A stretch of 64,000 nt of DNA, taken from contig OZ320318.1 in NCBI GenBank assembly GCA_976226885.1, forward strand, positions 806,001-870,000, read 5' to 3'. How positions within the stretch are numbered: position 1 is the first letter of the stretch; each line of letters begins with the position of its first letter. Origin of the DNA: Iphione sp. A-MEVVRFRX5. Taxonomy: Eukaryota. Position numbers and translations under genes: made by a program. Shown piece after piece: positions 1-11,965 of the stretch. The notes below the pieces were generated by a model. That model had not been told where the DNA came from. It ran no database searches and saw only the letters and a program-made list of their open reading frames with translations.

Positions 1-525
1 GAACCATATGCTGGCTGCTCTCCCCTTTTGTGATGGGCGTATATCTCCGCCACCCACATCTCTCCTTCTATTTCCTCTTCTGCAAGGATAAACCAAACCT
101 ACTTCCTCCTCCTCTACNNNNNNNNNNNNNNNNNNNNNNNNNNNNNNNNNNNNNNNNNNNNNNNNNNNNNNNNNNNNNNNNNNNNNNNNNNNNNNNNNNN
201 NNNNNNNNNNNNNNNNNNNNNNNNNNNNNNNNNNNNNNNNNNNNNNNNNNNNNNNNNNNNNNNNNNNNNNNNNNNNNNNNNNNNNNNNNNNNNNTTCTAT
301 TTTATCCTACCCCCACTGCCTCACACCTCCTTCTGCCTTCACATCATCTCCTCTTGATTGCCTGCATCCTAGCTAACATAGACTTGTCCATGCTGTTACA
401 CTAACTCCCATCCTCACAACCACCAGGATTAGCCGACTTCCTTCATTAGATAGAACTACAAGAGCTTTCCATTACTAAACTACGTAATAACATCTAAATG
501 ACACCACAACTCGTTACCTTCACAG

Positions 526-1510
526 TGAGAACCTCGTCAAAGGTTGCTGTGTATTGGTGTGTGTTATATGGTGTGTGAACCCTGTCATAGGTTGCTGTGT
601 AATGATGTGTGATATATGGTATGAGAACCCTGTCGTAGGCTGATGTGTAATGGTGTGTGATATATGGTGTGAGAAGCCTGTCATAGGTTGCTGTGTAATG
701 GTGTGTGTTGTATAGTGTGAGAAACCTGTCATAGGTTGCTGTGTAATGGTGTGAGAACCCTGCCATAGGTTGATCTATAATGATGTGTGTTATATGGTGT
801 GTGGACCCTGTCGTAGGTTCATCTATAATGATGTGTGTTATATAGTGTGAGAACTCTGTCGTAGATTGCTTTGTAATGGTGTATGTTATATGGTGTGAGA
901 ACCCTGTTGTAGGTTGCTGTGCAATGGTGTGTGCTGTATGGTATGAGAACCCTCTTGTAGGTTACTGTGTAATGGTGTGTGATATATGGTGTAAGAAGCC
1001 TGTCATAGGTTGCTGTGTAATGGTGTGTGTTATATGGTGTGAGAAGCCTGTCATAAGTTGCTGTGTAATGGTGTGTTATATGGTGTGTGAAGCCTGTCAT
1101 AGGTTGCTGTGTGATGGTGTGTGATGTATGGTGTGTGAAGCCTGTCATAGGTTGCTGTGTAATGGTGTGTGTTGTATAGTGTGAGAACCCTGTCATAGGT
1201 TGCAGTGTAATGGCGTATGTTATATGGTGTGAGAAGCCTGTCGTAGGTTTTTGTGTAATGGTATGTGTTATATGGTGTGAGAACCCTGTCATAGGTTGCT
1301 GTGTAATGGTGTGTGCTGTATGGTGTGAGAACCCTGTCGTAGGTTACTGTGTAATGGTGTGTGTTGTATGGTGTGAGAACCCTGTTGTAGGTTACTGTGT
1401 AATGGTGTGTGCTGTATGGTGTGAGAACCCTGTCATAGGTTGTTGTGTTATGGTGTGTGTTATATGGTGTGTGAACCCTGTCATAGGTTGCTGTGTAATG
1501 GTGTGTGTTG
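526..1510. repeat. 48-bp minisatellite, ~20 degenerate copies
   Basis: Unit approx. GTGTGAGAACCCTGTCATAGGTTGCTGTGTAATGGTGTGTGTTATATG. It translates as a 16-aa period in the ORF track. Confidence 0.95.
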
Positions 1511-3808
1511 TTGACTAGCTGATAATTGCTAATCTTACCGCCGCTCTCTCATTTAAACAAACCCCTCAGGTCAGCAGTGGATGCTCTCTTCCCCCCCCTC
1601 CTCCCACTCCATTAAGTCACTGTGTCATGGTCTAATCTTCTCTATAATCCTAATCCTCCTGATTAGGGACCCCTCTTAATCCACCCTACCCCTTTACCCT
1701 AGCACCCCCCCTCCTCCCTTTTCCCAATCCTACCCTGCCCCCCCCCCCGGCCCTCCCCCAGCATTCGAAAGCGGATTTGTAATACGTGATGGGCTGATTT
1801 CAACCGGCAGCAGTTCCCAGGATGGTAGCTAGCCGTTGCTGTGTCTGTACGTATAACATGTCCATGGAAATACAATATACTCATGGGGAATAGTCTGAAA
1901 AACTGCCTTGTGCCTACGTTTCGTGAAGGGTGAAAACATGTAGGTGGAAATCCCGCCCGTGGGTTTTTACAATGGTCAGACAATGAATCGCTGTAGTGGT
2001 GTCACGGGGTGTCAGTTCTACACGTCCAGACTGATTCTAGGGGGGAGGGGGGCCGCATGTGCGCATTGGGCTTTATACACGTTCATCCTTAATCAGTCAT
2101 TTATCCTCCGTCTAATTATACTGATGCCTATCCTGCCTCGTCCTCTCCGTCATGGCAGGCCCGGGGGTCATTCTCCTTCCTCCCCACTACCCCCCCCCCC
2201 CCCGACCTGACCTTCCTGCCCACCCAGCCTCTCACTAGTTTCACTGGGCCGTTTACCCTGACAAGCTTTATTAACCCTGTCTTTCTGTACCTTGTCCTTG
2301 TTCTTTTAGGGAAACGTGGCCTTCTCCCCNNNNNNNNNNNNNNNNNNNNNNNNNNNNNNNNNNNNNNNNNNNNNNNNNNNNNNNNNNNNNNNNNNNNNNN
2401 NNNNNNNNNNNNNNNNNNNNNNNNNNNNNNNNNNNNNNNNNNNNNNNNNNNNNNNNNNNNNNNNNNNNNNNNNNNNNNNNNNNNNNNNNNNNNNNNNNNN
2501 NNNNNNNNNNNNNNNNNNNNNNNNNNNACCTGCCTCTCTCTCCCTCTCTCACTCTCCTTCCCCCTCTCTCNNNNNNNNNNNNNNNNNNNNNNNNNNNNNN
2601 NNNNNNNNNNNNNNNNNNNNNNNNNNNNNNNNNNNNNNNNNNNNNNNNNNNNNNNNNNNNNNNNNNNNNNNNNNNNNNNNNNNNNNNNNNNNNNNNNNNN
2701 NNNNNNNNNNNNNNNNNNNNNNNNNNNNNNNNNNNNNNNNNNNNNNNNNNNNNNNNNNNNNNNNNNNNNNNCTCTACCCCCCCGTAGGACTCCTCCTCCA
2801 TCCCTTGACTCCCAGCATCAAGTAGCATTCTCCACTGCACTTTACCTTACACTTAGTCTGGTACCCAGGCCCTCGTCAGAGACAGGGTACCAGTCTACCT
2901 TACACCCATCTCTTTTTCTTTCTATATCCTCGCATGCGTCTCACCCCTAATCCTTACCCTCTGCCTCCCGTCTTTCCCATCCACCTCGGCCTCCTGGCGC
3001 CCGCCCCCTGCCTCCGGGCGCCCTCACCCCTTCACCCCCGTCACCCCCAGCTCACATGCGGACAGCCAAGAGATCGACCGAGTGTAAACACCATCGCCAA
3101 AGGCACACGGCCGTAAAGCAAATGCCATCTGCAAACCTACTCTCCCCCCCCCCCCGCCCCAACACACACAGCTCAGCTTCCCCTACTCCAGCTACAAGAT
3201 ACACACACACACATACACACACATCGCACTCTACTACCCTACTACCCCCCAGCTTCACAATCACTCACCCAATATAACATATATAACACTCACTAGCAAG
3301 GCTCCCCCACACCTCCTCGCTCCACCCCAACCCCCGGCAGCAGGCAAGCTTCGGTGGTGCAGAACTGTATCGGAAACAAACTCTTCTACCGAAAAACAAA
3401 TCAAGAAAATTATCGCAAAAAGGCTGCCAAAACAGCCCCCTGGCAGAGCAGGGTTTAAATACACCGCGTTGCTCTGTGCCTCCTCAATGTTTGGGAGGCG
3501 GGGGTGTGGGTGGGGATGGTGCTAGCGGAAAGGGAGGTAGAAAAAAAAAACCCTTTTCGTTTCAACAGCTTTTGCTGCGTTGCAAATATGCCTGGCTTGG
3601 TGAGAAGGGATGCACGGATTGCGGCCTGTATTGGCAGGCATGGAGTCCTGAAAGGCGGGAGGAGTCTAATGTAAATACTAGACCCTAGTGTAACCAGAAG
3701 CCGCGGAGGGGCGCTCTCTCCCTCCCCCCACGCGGTTCTCTGGGTGAAGGCGGGAAGAGGGAGGAGGTAAATATACGGCTCGTTTCAGCTGTGCCCCATC
3801 ACACAGCC

Positions 3809-4167
3809 AGAATATACGGTCTGGATTAGAGATGAAGTGGTGTTTTAGGAGGTGATTAATCACATCCTGCGTGTCGGGCTCATATCTCCTTCACCTGAAG
3901 CCGAGACATAACATTCATGGAGTCACATGAAGCCGAGACATGATGTTCACGGAGTCACGTGGTTCAGGCTGTAGGCGTTAGCACTGATTCACACACATAG
4001 AATATACTGTCTGGATTAGAGATGAAGTGGTGTTTTAGGAGGTGATTAATCACATCCTGCGTGTCGGGCTCATATCTCCTTCACCTGAAGCCGAGACATA
4101 ACATTCACAGAGTCACGTGGTTACATGTGGTTCAGGCTGTAGGCGTGAGCACCAATTCACACACGTA
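3809..4167. repeat. Tandem duplication, ~190-bp period, 2 copies
   Basis: AGAATATAC(G/T)GTCTGGATTAGAGATGAAGTGG...GAAGCCGAGACATAACATTCA begins at ~3809 and ~3999 and is near-identical. Confidence 0.9.
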
Positions 4168-5816
4168 AATTCGATTTGGATGTGACTATTGCTCTTACCC
4201 TGGATCCACTTCCTCTCTCCCTTAACCCTTTCCTACGGGGCCTCTCCTCTTCTCCATTACTCTGTTACCCACTCCGGGAAACGATGTTAGTGTTATCTAC
4301 TAGTTTCAGTTTAATTTTAAATGCATTTTTCTTTAATAATTTAAGATTTTCCTTGCATTTCCGGAGAGTGCATGTTGACCTGCGGGTTTTATCCACACAG
4401 TTAAGTTATCCAGCAGACAATCCGGGGACCACCGCCCACCATTAGCACACCAAGTACGGCGCCCGTCACCCTGCCCATACTATCATTTCATCCCACTTTA
4501 CATAAGCATTTCATCTCACCCCCCCCCCCTTCACCACCCCTCACCACCAGGTGCCCCCCCCCCTCCATCACCCCTCACCACCAGGCGGCGGGCTTTATAG
4601 CCTTTGTTGTCCCTCCTTCCCACTGTGTATGACTTCCTATGGTAGCGGCCATTGTTGGTCTACTGGCAGTAGTTTAGTCATCACCTTCCCCTCTCACTCG
4701 CACGCACACACTAACACACTCACACACACGTACACCCGTCCTCTCCGTCTCAGCTACATGTACTTCCAAGGCTCCACTAGGAGGGGTGCCAGTTCGGCCG
4801 CCCCCTTCTCTCAACTCCAAGTACAAGGACTATGGATCGCAGGGCAGACCTGGAAGAAAGGCCAAGTAGAAAGGGGGAAAAAAGAGGACTTAGACATCAA
4901 AAGGTAGTGAAGGGTTATTACAAATGATGGACTAGATAAATGGGGGGGGGTGGAGAGAAAAACGTTTAGCAGTTCAAATGACTAGGGTAAGTTGGTAATG
5001 TCGGTTCTGGTAGTCATAGAGATGAAAGAACCGTTTGTAAATCAATTTCTTTCATCCACCATTCTGTTTTTTGTCATTAAACGGGCGAGGAGGCCTGGTT
5101 TGATATCTATTCATATTATGGACAGGTGTGTCATTAATAAACTGTAATCTGATCGGACAGTGAGCGAGAGCGTTACTCATGGGCTGACTATACGTAATGC
5201 CCTGATTCTGGGAAAGGTAGATTAAAAGATAACAATAACTAGTGAGATATGGGCTCCTTAAAGGTAGCCGTGCTGATTCCCCAAAATAACGGTTTATTTT
5301 CACAAATTGCACGGCTTTGTCTAATAACGTCCATTAACCACCAGGTGTGGTGTGACTCGTGCAGACAGGGTTATCTCTCTAACATGGCTCGAGGTCATAT
5401 TTACATCAGAAGTGACATGATAACTACGTGAAAGGGTTATCTGTTTGTAGATGTTTAAGGAGGTATCGTAAATAAGTCGTATGAAGGTGTTATCAGAAAG
5501 CTACACTGATGGAAACTCTACTCACGTACCCATGTCTAGGTTGTGTCTGCTGAAGTTTTACTGCTTGACTTGTTATTCTATATTTTTATTTCTGAAGAAT
5601 ATTCGTTGCAACCGTTGGTAATTACAAGCTCATTCCTGACTGCTTCCCTGCAGCAGGTGACAGTTGGATATACACATACGGCAAAAGAAAACATTACTCT
5701 GGGTATTATTGATAAAATTACATGATTTCTTGAATAGCCGAGTTTCAACCGTGTCAGACACTGAAATAAAAAGAGGCTCATCACATTCATTATCATCAGC
5801 TTTCTCTCCAAAGTAA

Positions 5817-6124
5817 GGCGCTGTTCACATGCATCCTGACAAATAAGCCGCCCCCGTTTGTGGACACAGAGAAACCCGCTGCAGAGATTGTCAGGTAATT
5901 GCCCACATATGTTAACCAGGTGTTCTTTATCACTGCCATCTATGGAGTCCCCATGCAGACATAGATGAAACCCATCCCAGATGGTTTGACATCCGCACCC
6001 GTGTACTGACACAGAAAAGTCTTCATATATGTGAATGAGTACAATGGTAAGGGAGGCCTGGAAGAAAATCCATCCCCGTGTGCAGATGCAGAATATACAA
6101 ATCAGGATGCATGTGAATGAGACC
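5817..6124. mobile_element. PIF/Harbinger-type (Tourist-like) MITE, family A, degenerate
   Basis: TIRs GGCGCTGTTCACATGCATCCTGA and (rc) GGTCTCATTCACATGCATCCTGA. Flanks are TAA and CAA. Length 308 bp. Internal motif AACCCATCCCAGATGGTTTGACATC is shared with the copies at 32153, 34952 and 49688. Confidence 0.75.
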
Positions 6125-6404
6125 CAAGAGGAATGGTATGCCATGACCGCACCTCCTTCTACTTACAACCAATAGAATGACCTCTTCACAAGGCTTCACT
6201 CACCTTTCTTACATCTACTACTGTGATGGATGACCTGTCCAGTAGGGTTTACTCATCACAACTACTACAGTCACCTTTGAACTAGGTTGTATTACTGGAA
6301 ACCACAATGATATGTTAACTGGATCTTATTGATTACAACTATAACATTGTAATGTTAAGACAGTATTCACATGTGTCCATATTTACTCAAAACATCTAAG
6401 AGGG

Positions 6405-7440
6405 TAAGAAGGGAGAGACTTTAAACCCATGGAGAGGGACCCACGGAGGGACATGAGGGGAACCTGAGAAGTAAGACAGGAGAGACTATCACCTTTAAAC
6501 CCATGGAGAGGGACGTGTGGAGGGACGTGAGGAGAACTCGAGAGGTAAGAAGGGAGAGACTTTAAACCCATGGAGAGGGACCCACGGAGGGACGTGAGGA
6601 GAACTGAAGAGGTAAGAAGGGAGAGACTGCCACCTTTAAACCTATGGAGAGGGACCTGGGGAGGGATGTGAGGAGAACTCGAGAGGTAAGAAGGGAGAGA
6701 CTATTGCCTTTAAACCCATGGAGAGGGACCTGCGGAGGGACGTGAGGAGAACTCGAGAGGTAAGAAGGGAGAGACTATTGCCTTTAAACCCATGGAGAAG
6801 GATGTGTGGAGGGACGTGAGGGGAACCTGAGAAGTAAGAAGGGAGAGACTATTGCCTTTAAACCCATGGAGAGGGACCTGCGGAGGGCCATGAGGAGAAC
6901 CTGAGAGGTAAGAAGGGAGAGACTATCGCCTTTAAACCCATGGAGAGGGACCTGGGGAGGGATGTGAGGAGAACTCGAGAGGTAAGAAGGGAGAGACTAT
7001 CGCCTTTAAACCCATGGAGAGGGACCTGCGGAGGGACGTGAGGAGAACTCGAGAGGTAAGAAGGGAGAGACTATTGCCTTTAAACCCATGGAGAAGGATG
7101 TGTGGAGGGACGTGAGGGGAACCTGAGAAGTAAGAAGGGAGAGACTATTGCCTTTAAACCCATGGAGAGGGACCTGCGGAGGGCCATGAGGAGAACCTGA
7201 GAGGTAAGAAGGGAGAGACTATCGCCTTTAAACCCATGGAGAGGCACCTGCGGAGGGACGTGAGGAGAACCTGAGAGGTAAGAAGGGAGAGACTATTGCC
7301 TTTAAACCCATGGAGAGGGACCCGCAGAGGGCTGTGAGGAGAACTCGAGAGGTAAGAAGGGAGAGACTATTGCCTTTAAACCCATGGATAGGGACCTGCG
7401 GAGGGACGTGAGGAGAACCTGAGAGGTAAGACAGTAGAGA
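6405..7440. repeat. 74-bp purine-rich minisatellite, ~14 copies
   Basis: Unit AAACCCATGGAGAGGGACCTGCGGAGGGACGTGAGGAGAACTCGAGAGGTAAGAAGGGAGAGACTATTGCCTTT. Period checked at 6711 and 6785. Confidence 0.95.
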
Positions 7441-9170
7441 CTGCCGCCTTTAACAGATAAGACGAGAGACTGATGGGCACGTCAGGGCGGCTCTGCGAGG
7501 CAGCCATGCGAGGAACATCCAATCCTTTACATTTGCCGAGCATGAAAAGTCAATTATCTGCTCTCTGCCCTGCCCTGCCCCCTCCCTCCACCTTCATCCT
7601 GGGCTCTTCCCATCATGCCCCTAGGACAGGGCGTCTCCTCCCCCCCCCACACCACCATCACCACGTCCACCTTTCCTTCGTCACCCAGCTAAATCCCTCC
7701 CCTCACTCACCTCCCTCCCTCCCTAGTCCGCCCCTATACCCCAATAGGCTTACACCTGCCTGGCATTAATGGGGATCTGAAAGCTCATAGTGTTGGCCTG
7801 CAGATCTACCTACCACTGCCAGCTACACAGGTAAAGTCGGGTCCCCCCCCCCCTGCCCCCCCCCCTCGTACACCACAGCGCGCTACATCCCTTCAGAGTA
7901 ATGGACTGTGAATGGGGACCACTCAGATAAACATCAGCAAATCATCGCGTCTTTGAAGCTACAGGGCTCGCATGATGATAAAAAACAGAACCTTATTGTC
8001 AGCTGGGAAGCCATCGTGTGACTCTCAAGCCTCAACAAGCTCCCCACCTCAATCATGTGGGGGAGAGATTTCTCTATTCGTAACCTATTACTTTCATGCT
8101 TTAATGGGGCTGTGTTCGTGATCGCTGTCTCCCAAACCAATGATAAATGATGATAAACTCAAACCTTAACGATAAACCAAGAAAGAATTCCAAATAAATA
8201 CGAGTTTCCTGGATGTTTAGAATGGCGGTTTGATGATGTCAGCCAGGTTATACGCGCTAAAATAAGTTTGATGATTTTAATGGCATAATAGATTTATTGT
8301 CAGTTTTTTCTACTGTAAATTTTCTCATTATTTCATAAATAATCCTTTCGTTATTTTTTTTTTAATTTGAAATGCCTGGGTTTGAAAGAGTGAGTTGCAT
8401 TTACAAGATTTAATACATTACGCGATTTGAATTTGTTGGTGACATGGTGATTTCCTAGCCCCGGCATGAAATACTTTACGTGGCAATGTCCTAACGTGAT
8501 AAACTATCTGTCTCTCTGGCTCACCAGAAGTCCAACCATCGCACATGTTTTCTACGGGGAGTCACGTTAAATGGTATCTACTAGCAGGTTGAAAGCCCAT
8601 TCTACGGCAGTGTTAGCCTCCAAGTAAAAACCCTGGTTTAAAACTAAACAGATGTGAGGTTAGCCATTAACTGCCAGTTTGTCAGCAGTGACAGCATGTC
8701 TTCTGTCAACACCTAGTTATTGGCCCGAGAGCTGATGGCCGAAACTTAGGCAGTCTTTCCATGTTTGCATATTCACGCATTTTATATGGGAAAAACCAGA
8801 CACGGACCTTTGCTATGTTCCCTACCCATGTGTCTGGACATCACCCATAGAGACGCACATTCAAGAAGCTGTAGCCAATCACTGATCGGCACAAATACAG
8901 ATGCATGGCCGGGATGGGTGATACGCTGACAGCTGTCATCAGGGTGGCCCCCAGGGGTCGCTTCATCTATTGTAGTGGATGTGTGTACATGTAAAGGACA
9001 ATGATCCAAACCATGTGTTATGGCTACATTTCTGACACTATATTGTACGTATATGTAGAAAGATCACCCTCATACTGAAAGGGTGTGTCCCAGGGTTCGG
9101 CTGTCCAGAGGCAATGACCTGAGTTATACGATCACTCCTTGTAATTGTCCTGATCTACCCCCCTACTCAG

Positions 9171-9186
9171 CAGCCCCCTGGTGGTG
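9171..9186 (-). promoter_or_regulatory. CTCF-like motif
   Basis: The minus strand reads CACCACCAGGGGGCTG, matching the CTCF core CCACCAGGGGGC. Motif match only. Confidence 0.45.
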
Positions 9187-9264
9187 AATTATTTAACAAA
9201 GTCAGTCGACACGCCAGCGCCGATCTATCACACAACCAGGGCAAGGGAGGCAGTCTGGACTGGC

Positions 9265-9850
9265 GGTGGGTGGGGGTGGGGGGAGGGTTGTAGGGGGTGG
9301 GTGATGGATGGTGTGGAAGTAGTGGGAGAGTTGTGGGGAGTGGGTGATGGGTAGTAGGTGGTGGGTGGGGGCGGGTTCTTGGTGGTGGGTGATGGGTGGT
9401 AGGTGACGGGTGGGGGTAGAGGGTTGTAGGGAGTGGGTGATGGGTGGTAGGTGGTGGGTGGGGATGGGGGCGGGTTGTAGGGAGTGGGTGATGGGTGGTA
9501 GGTGGTGGGTGGGGGCGGAGGGACTGTTGTAGGGAGTGGGTGAATGTGTGGTGTGGAAGTAGTGGGAGAGTTGTGGGGAGTGGGTGATGGGTGGTAGGTG
9601 GCGGGTGGGGGCGGAGGGACTGTTGTAGGGAGTGGGTGAATGTGTGGTGTGGAAGTAGTGGGAGAGTTGTGGGGAGTGGGTGATGGGTGGTAGGTGGCGG
9701 GTGGGGGCGGAGGGACTGTTGTAGGGAGTGGATGAATGTGTGGTGTGGAAGTAGTGGGAGAGTTGTGGGGAGTGGGTGATGGGTGGTAGGTGGCGGGTGG
9801 GTATTGAGGGACTGTTGCAGGGAGTGGGTGAAGGTGGAGTGTGGAAGTAG
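9265..9850. repeat. G-rich 96-bp tandem array with degenerate sub-repeats
   Basis: GCGGAG anchors at 9515 and 9611 give a 96-bp period. The plus strand has dense GGG tracts. Confidence 0.9.
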
Positions 9851-11077
9851 GGAAGGGTTTTGTAACACAGTACCAGATTGAGTTAAGACTATATGCATGA
9901 GAAAAGGGTATACTGTGTTGTGTATAGTGTACAGATATACGTGTTAAAGTAGAGCCTTTTACTGGAGACGCAGTTAAAATTTTCGCTTGGCGTACGTGAC
10001 GCCAAACTTGTAAACAGGTTGTTCCTTATCTTGTTAACGAAGTGACCATTACAATTAACGAGGTATTATCAGTTGAGGCACGCGGTATTGTTGCTAGTTG
10101 GAGTCGACACAATGGGTGATCAATCGTGTGCTGTCTAAATGAGACTTCCGCTGCTGATAGCGCGGCGGGCTTTGCATACCTTCGTAGCGTTGTTTACGTC
10201 ACTGTTTGGTATATAAGGAAAGAGTTGCGCGTCCTTGCTGGGACCCGCCAGAGACGACCGTGTAACCTGTGATGCAGCTTCAGAAATAAAGGCTGGACGA
10301 TTGAAGAACCTGCTCGTGGTGTCTTTTGTTACAGTTTAGGGGAGTGGGGAATGGGTGTTAGGAGGTAAGTTGAGCTGACGAGGGCTAAAGGTGTGTTATG
10401 AGAGTTATAGAGAGGACAGCTGTCTTTGTCTCTCATCCTGGTTGTGTCTGTGTCTGTCTCTTTTCTAAAAGCAGTCTTCCCTGAATCTGTGCTGTTATCG
10501 TATGATTTATGTATGGTATCAGTCTTGATCTGCAACACATGAACAATACGTACCATAGATATTGTCCACACCCTAAATACAACCACAAATATGTAAAATA
10601 CATTTTTCCGCCTCAGTAGCGAGGCAACGACTGACATCTCCCCCCCGCCCCCTCTGCCACCATCTCCATCCATCCCAACCCCCTCCCCCCGAACTCACGG
10701 TCCCGTCTGTATACAAACTGTCAGGCGGACAATCAGATCTTCTCATTGAACTGAAATGAGAGACGCATAAATGGCGCCCTCTTACGGGGAAATCATTAAA
10801 AAAAAAACCGCAGAGATTTGGACAGAGAGCTGCATTGTTGACTGCGCCCCCTTCACCTGTTACATATAGAGTGTCTTGTATCTTGGTCCCCCTCCCTCAC
10901 TGCCGCGGGCTCCATTCACATAAATAACCTTTCACTATGCCACTCGTCACTGAAGTCTAGATCATGTTCCTAACGTCACTGTATAGACATATGGGGAAGA
11001 GGACACCTTAGGCTTAGTTTCCTTCTACACATTCCGGTATATGTATATGTTCCTGTGTGCATTAAACCTGTACCCCA

Positions 11078-11180
11078 AACATGTACCCTAAACCTGTACA
11101 ACAAACCTGTACAACAAACCTGTACAATAAACCTGTACAACAAACCTGTACAATTAACCTGTTCAACAAACCTGTACACC
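11078..11180. repeat. 13-bp short tandem repeat
   Basis: (AAACCTGTACAAC)n with variants. Confidence 0.9.
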
Positions 11181-11372
11181 GAACCCTACCCACGTAATTG
11201 TTCTAACCCGTTTTCTAACGTATGGACATATAACTCGTGGCTGTGAGTATATATGCAGAGTGGAGCCCTGTCGTGTTTCTGCATCTGGATTCGGTGCCTA
11301 ATATCAACATTACTGAAATAAGTTGTTTAATGACAAAGACAAGACAACGTCTACCTGTAGGTATGAGGACAA

Positions 11373-11965
11373 AATAACCAACATCAGCTGCTATATGGAT
11401 GTAGGTAAACATTACATCCGTCTACACAGGTAGACATGTATATATATTCATGGTGTCAGATACATAACCATAATGTCAGTAACAATTTATAAAGTATTTA
11501 CCACCTAGACACTTCCATTGTGCCCATTCATTACACATACAGCTGTATAACCTCAAGCACCACTCCAATAACCAACATCAGCCGCTCTATGGATGTAGGT
11601 AAAGATTACATCCGTCTGCACAGGTAGACGTTCCATGTACACATCTTTATGGTGTCAGATACATAACCATAATGTCTATAACAATCCATAATGTAACGGC
11701 CACCTAGACACTTCCCATGGCCCCATTCTTTACACATACGGCTCCATAACCTCAAGCGCCACTCCAATAACCAACATCAGCCGCTCTATGGATGTAGGTA
11801 AAGATTACATCTGTCTGAACAGGTAGACGTTCCATGTATATATATTCATGGTGTCAGATACATAACTATAATGTCTACAACAATCTCTAACATATCTAGC
11901 ACCTAGACACTTCCCATGGCCCCATTCTTTACACTTACTGCTCCATAACCTCAAGTGCCACTCCA
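11373..11965. repeat. ~195-200-bp tandem repeat, 3 copies
   Basis: AATAACCAACATCAGC starts at 11373, 11567 and 11766. The units carry a GGATGTA-N9-TACATC(C) inverted repeat. Confidence 0.9.

Noticed and set aside
494-1518. Cys-rich (metallothionein- or keratin-like) and His/Thr-rich ORFs
   Set aside because: They are translations of the 48-bp minisatellite, open on both strands with no splice or start context.
6405-7440. Regularly spaced repeats as a possible CRISPR array; each unit also has a GAG|GTAAGA donor-like motif
   Set aside because: The units are contiguous with no unique spacers, the context is eukaryotic, and there are no cas genes or matching acceptors. The same applies to all other arrays.
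9167-9898. 243-aa Pro/His/Thr-rich ORF
   Set aside because: It is the antisense reading of the G-rich 96-bp array.
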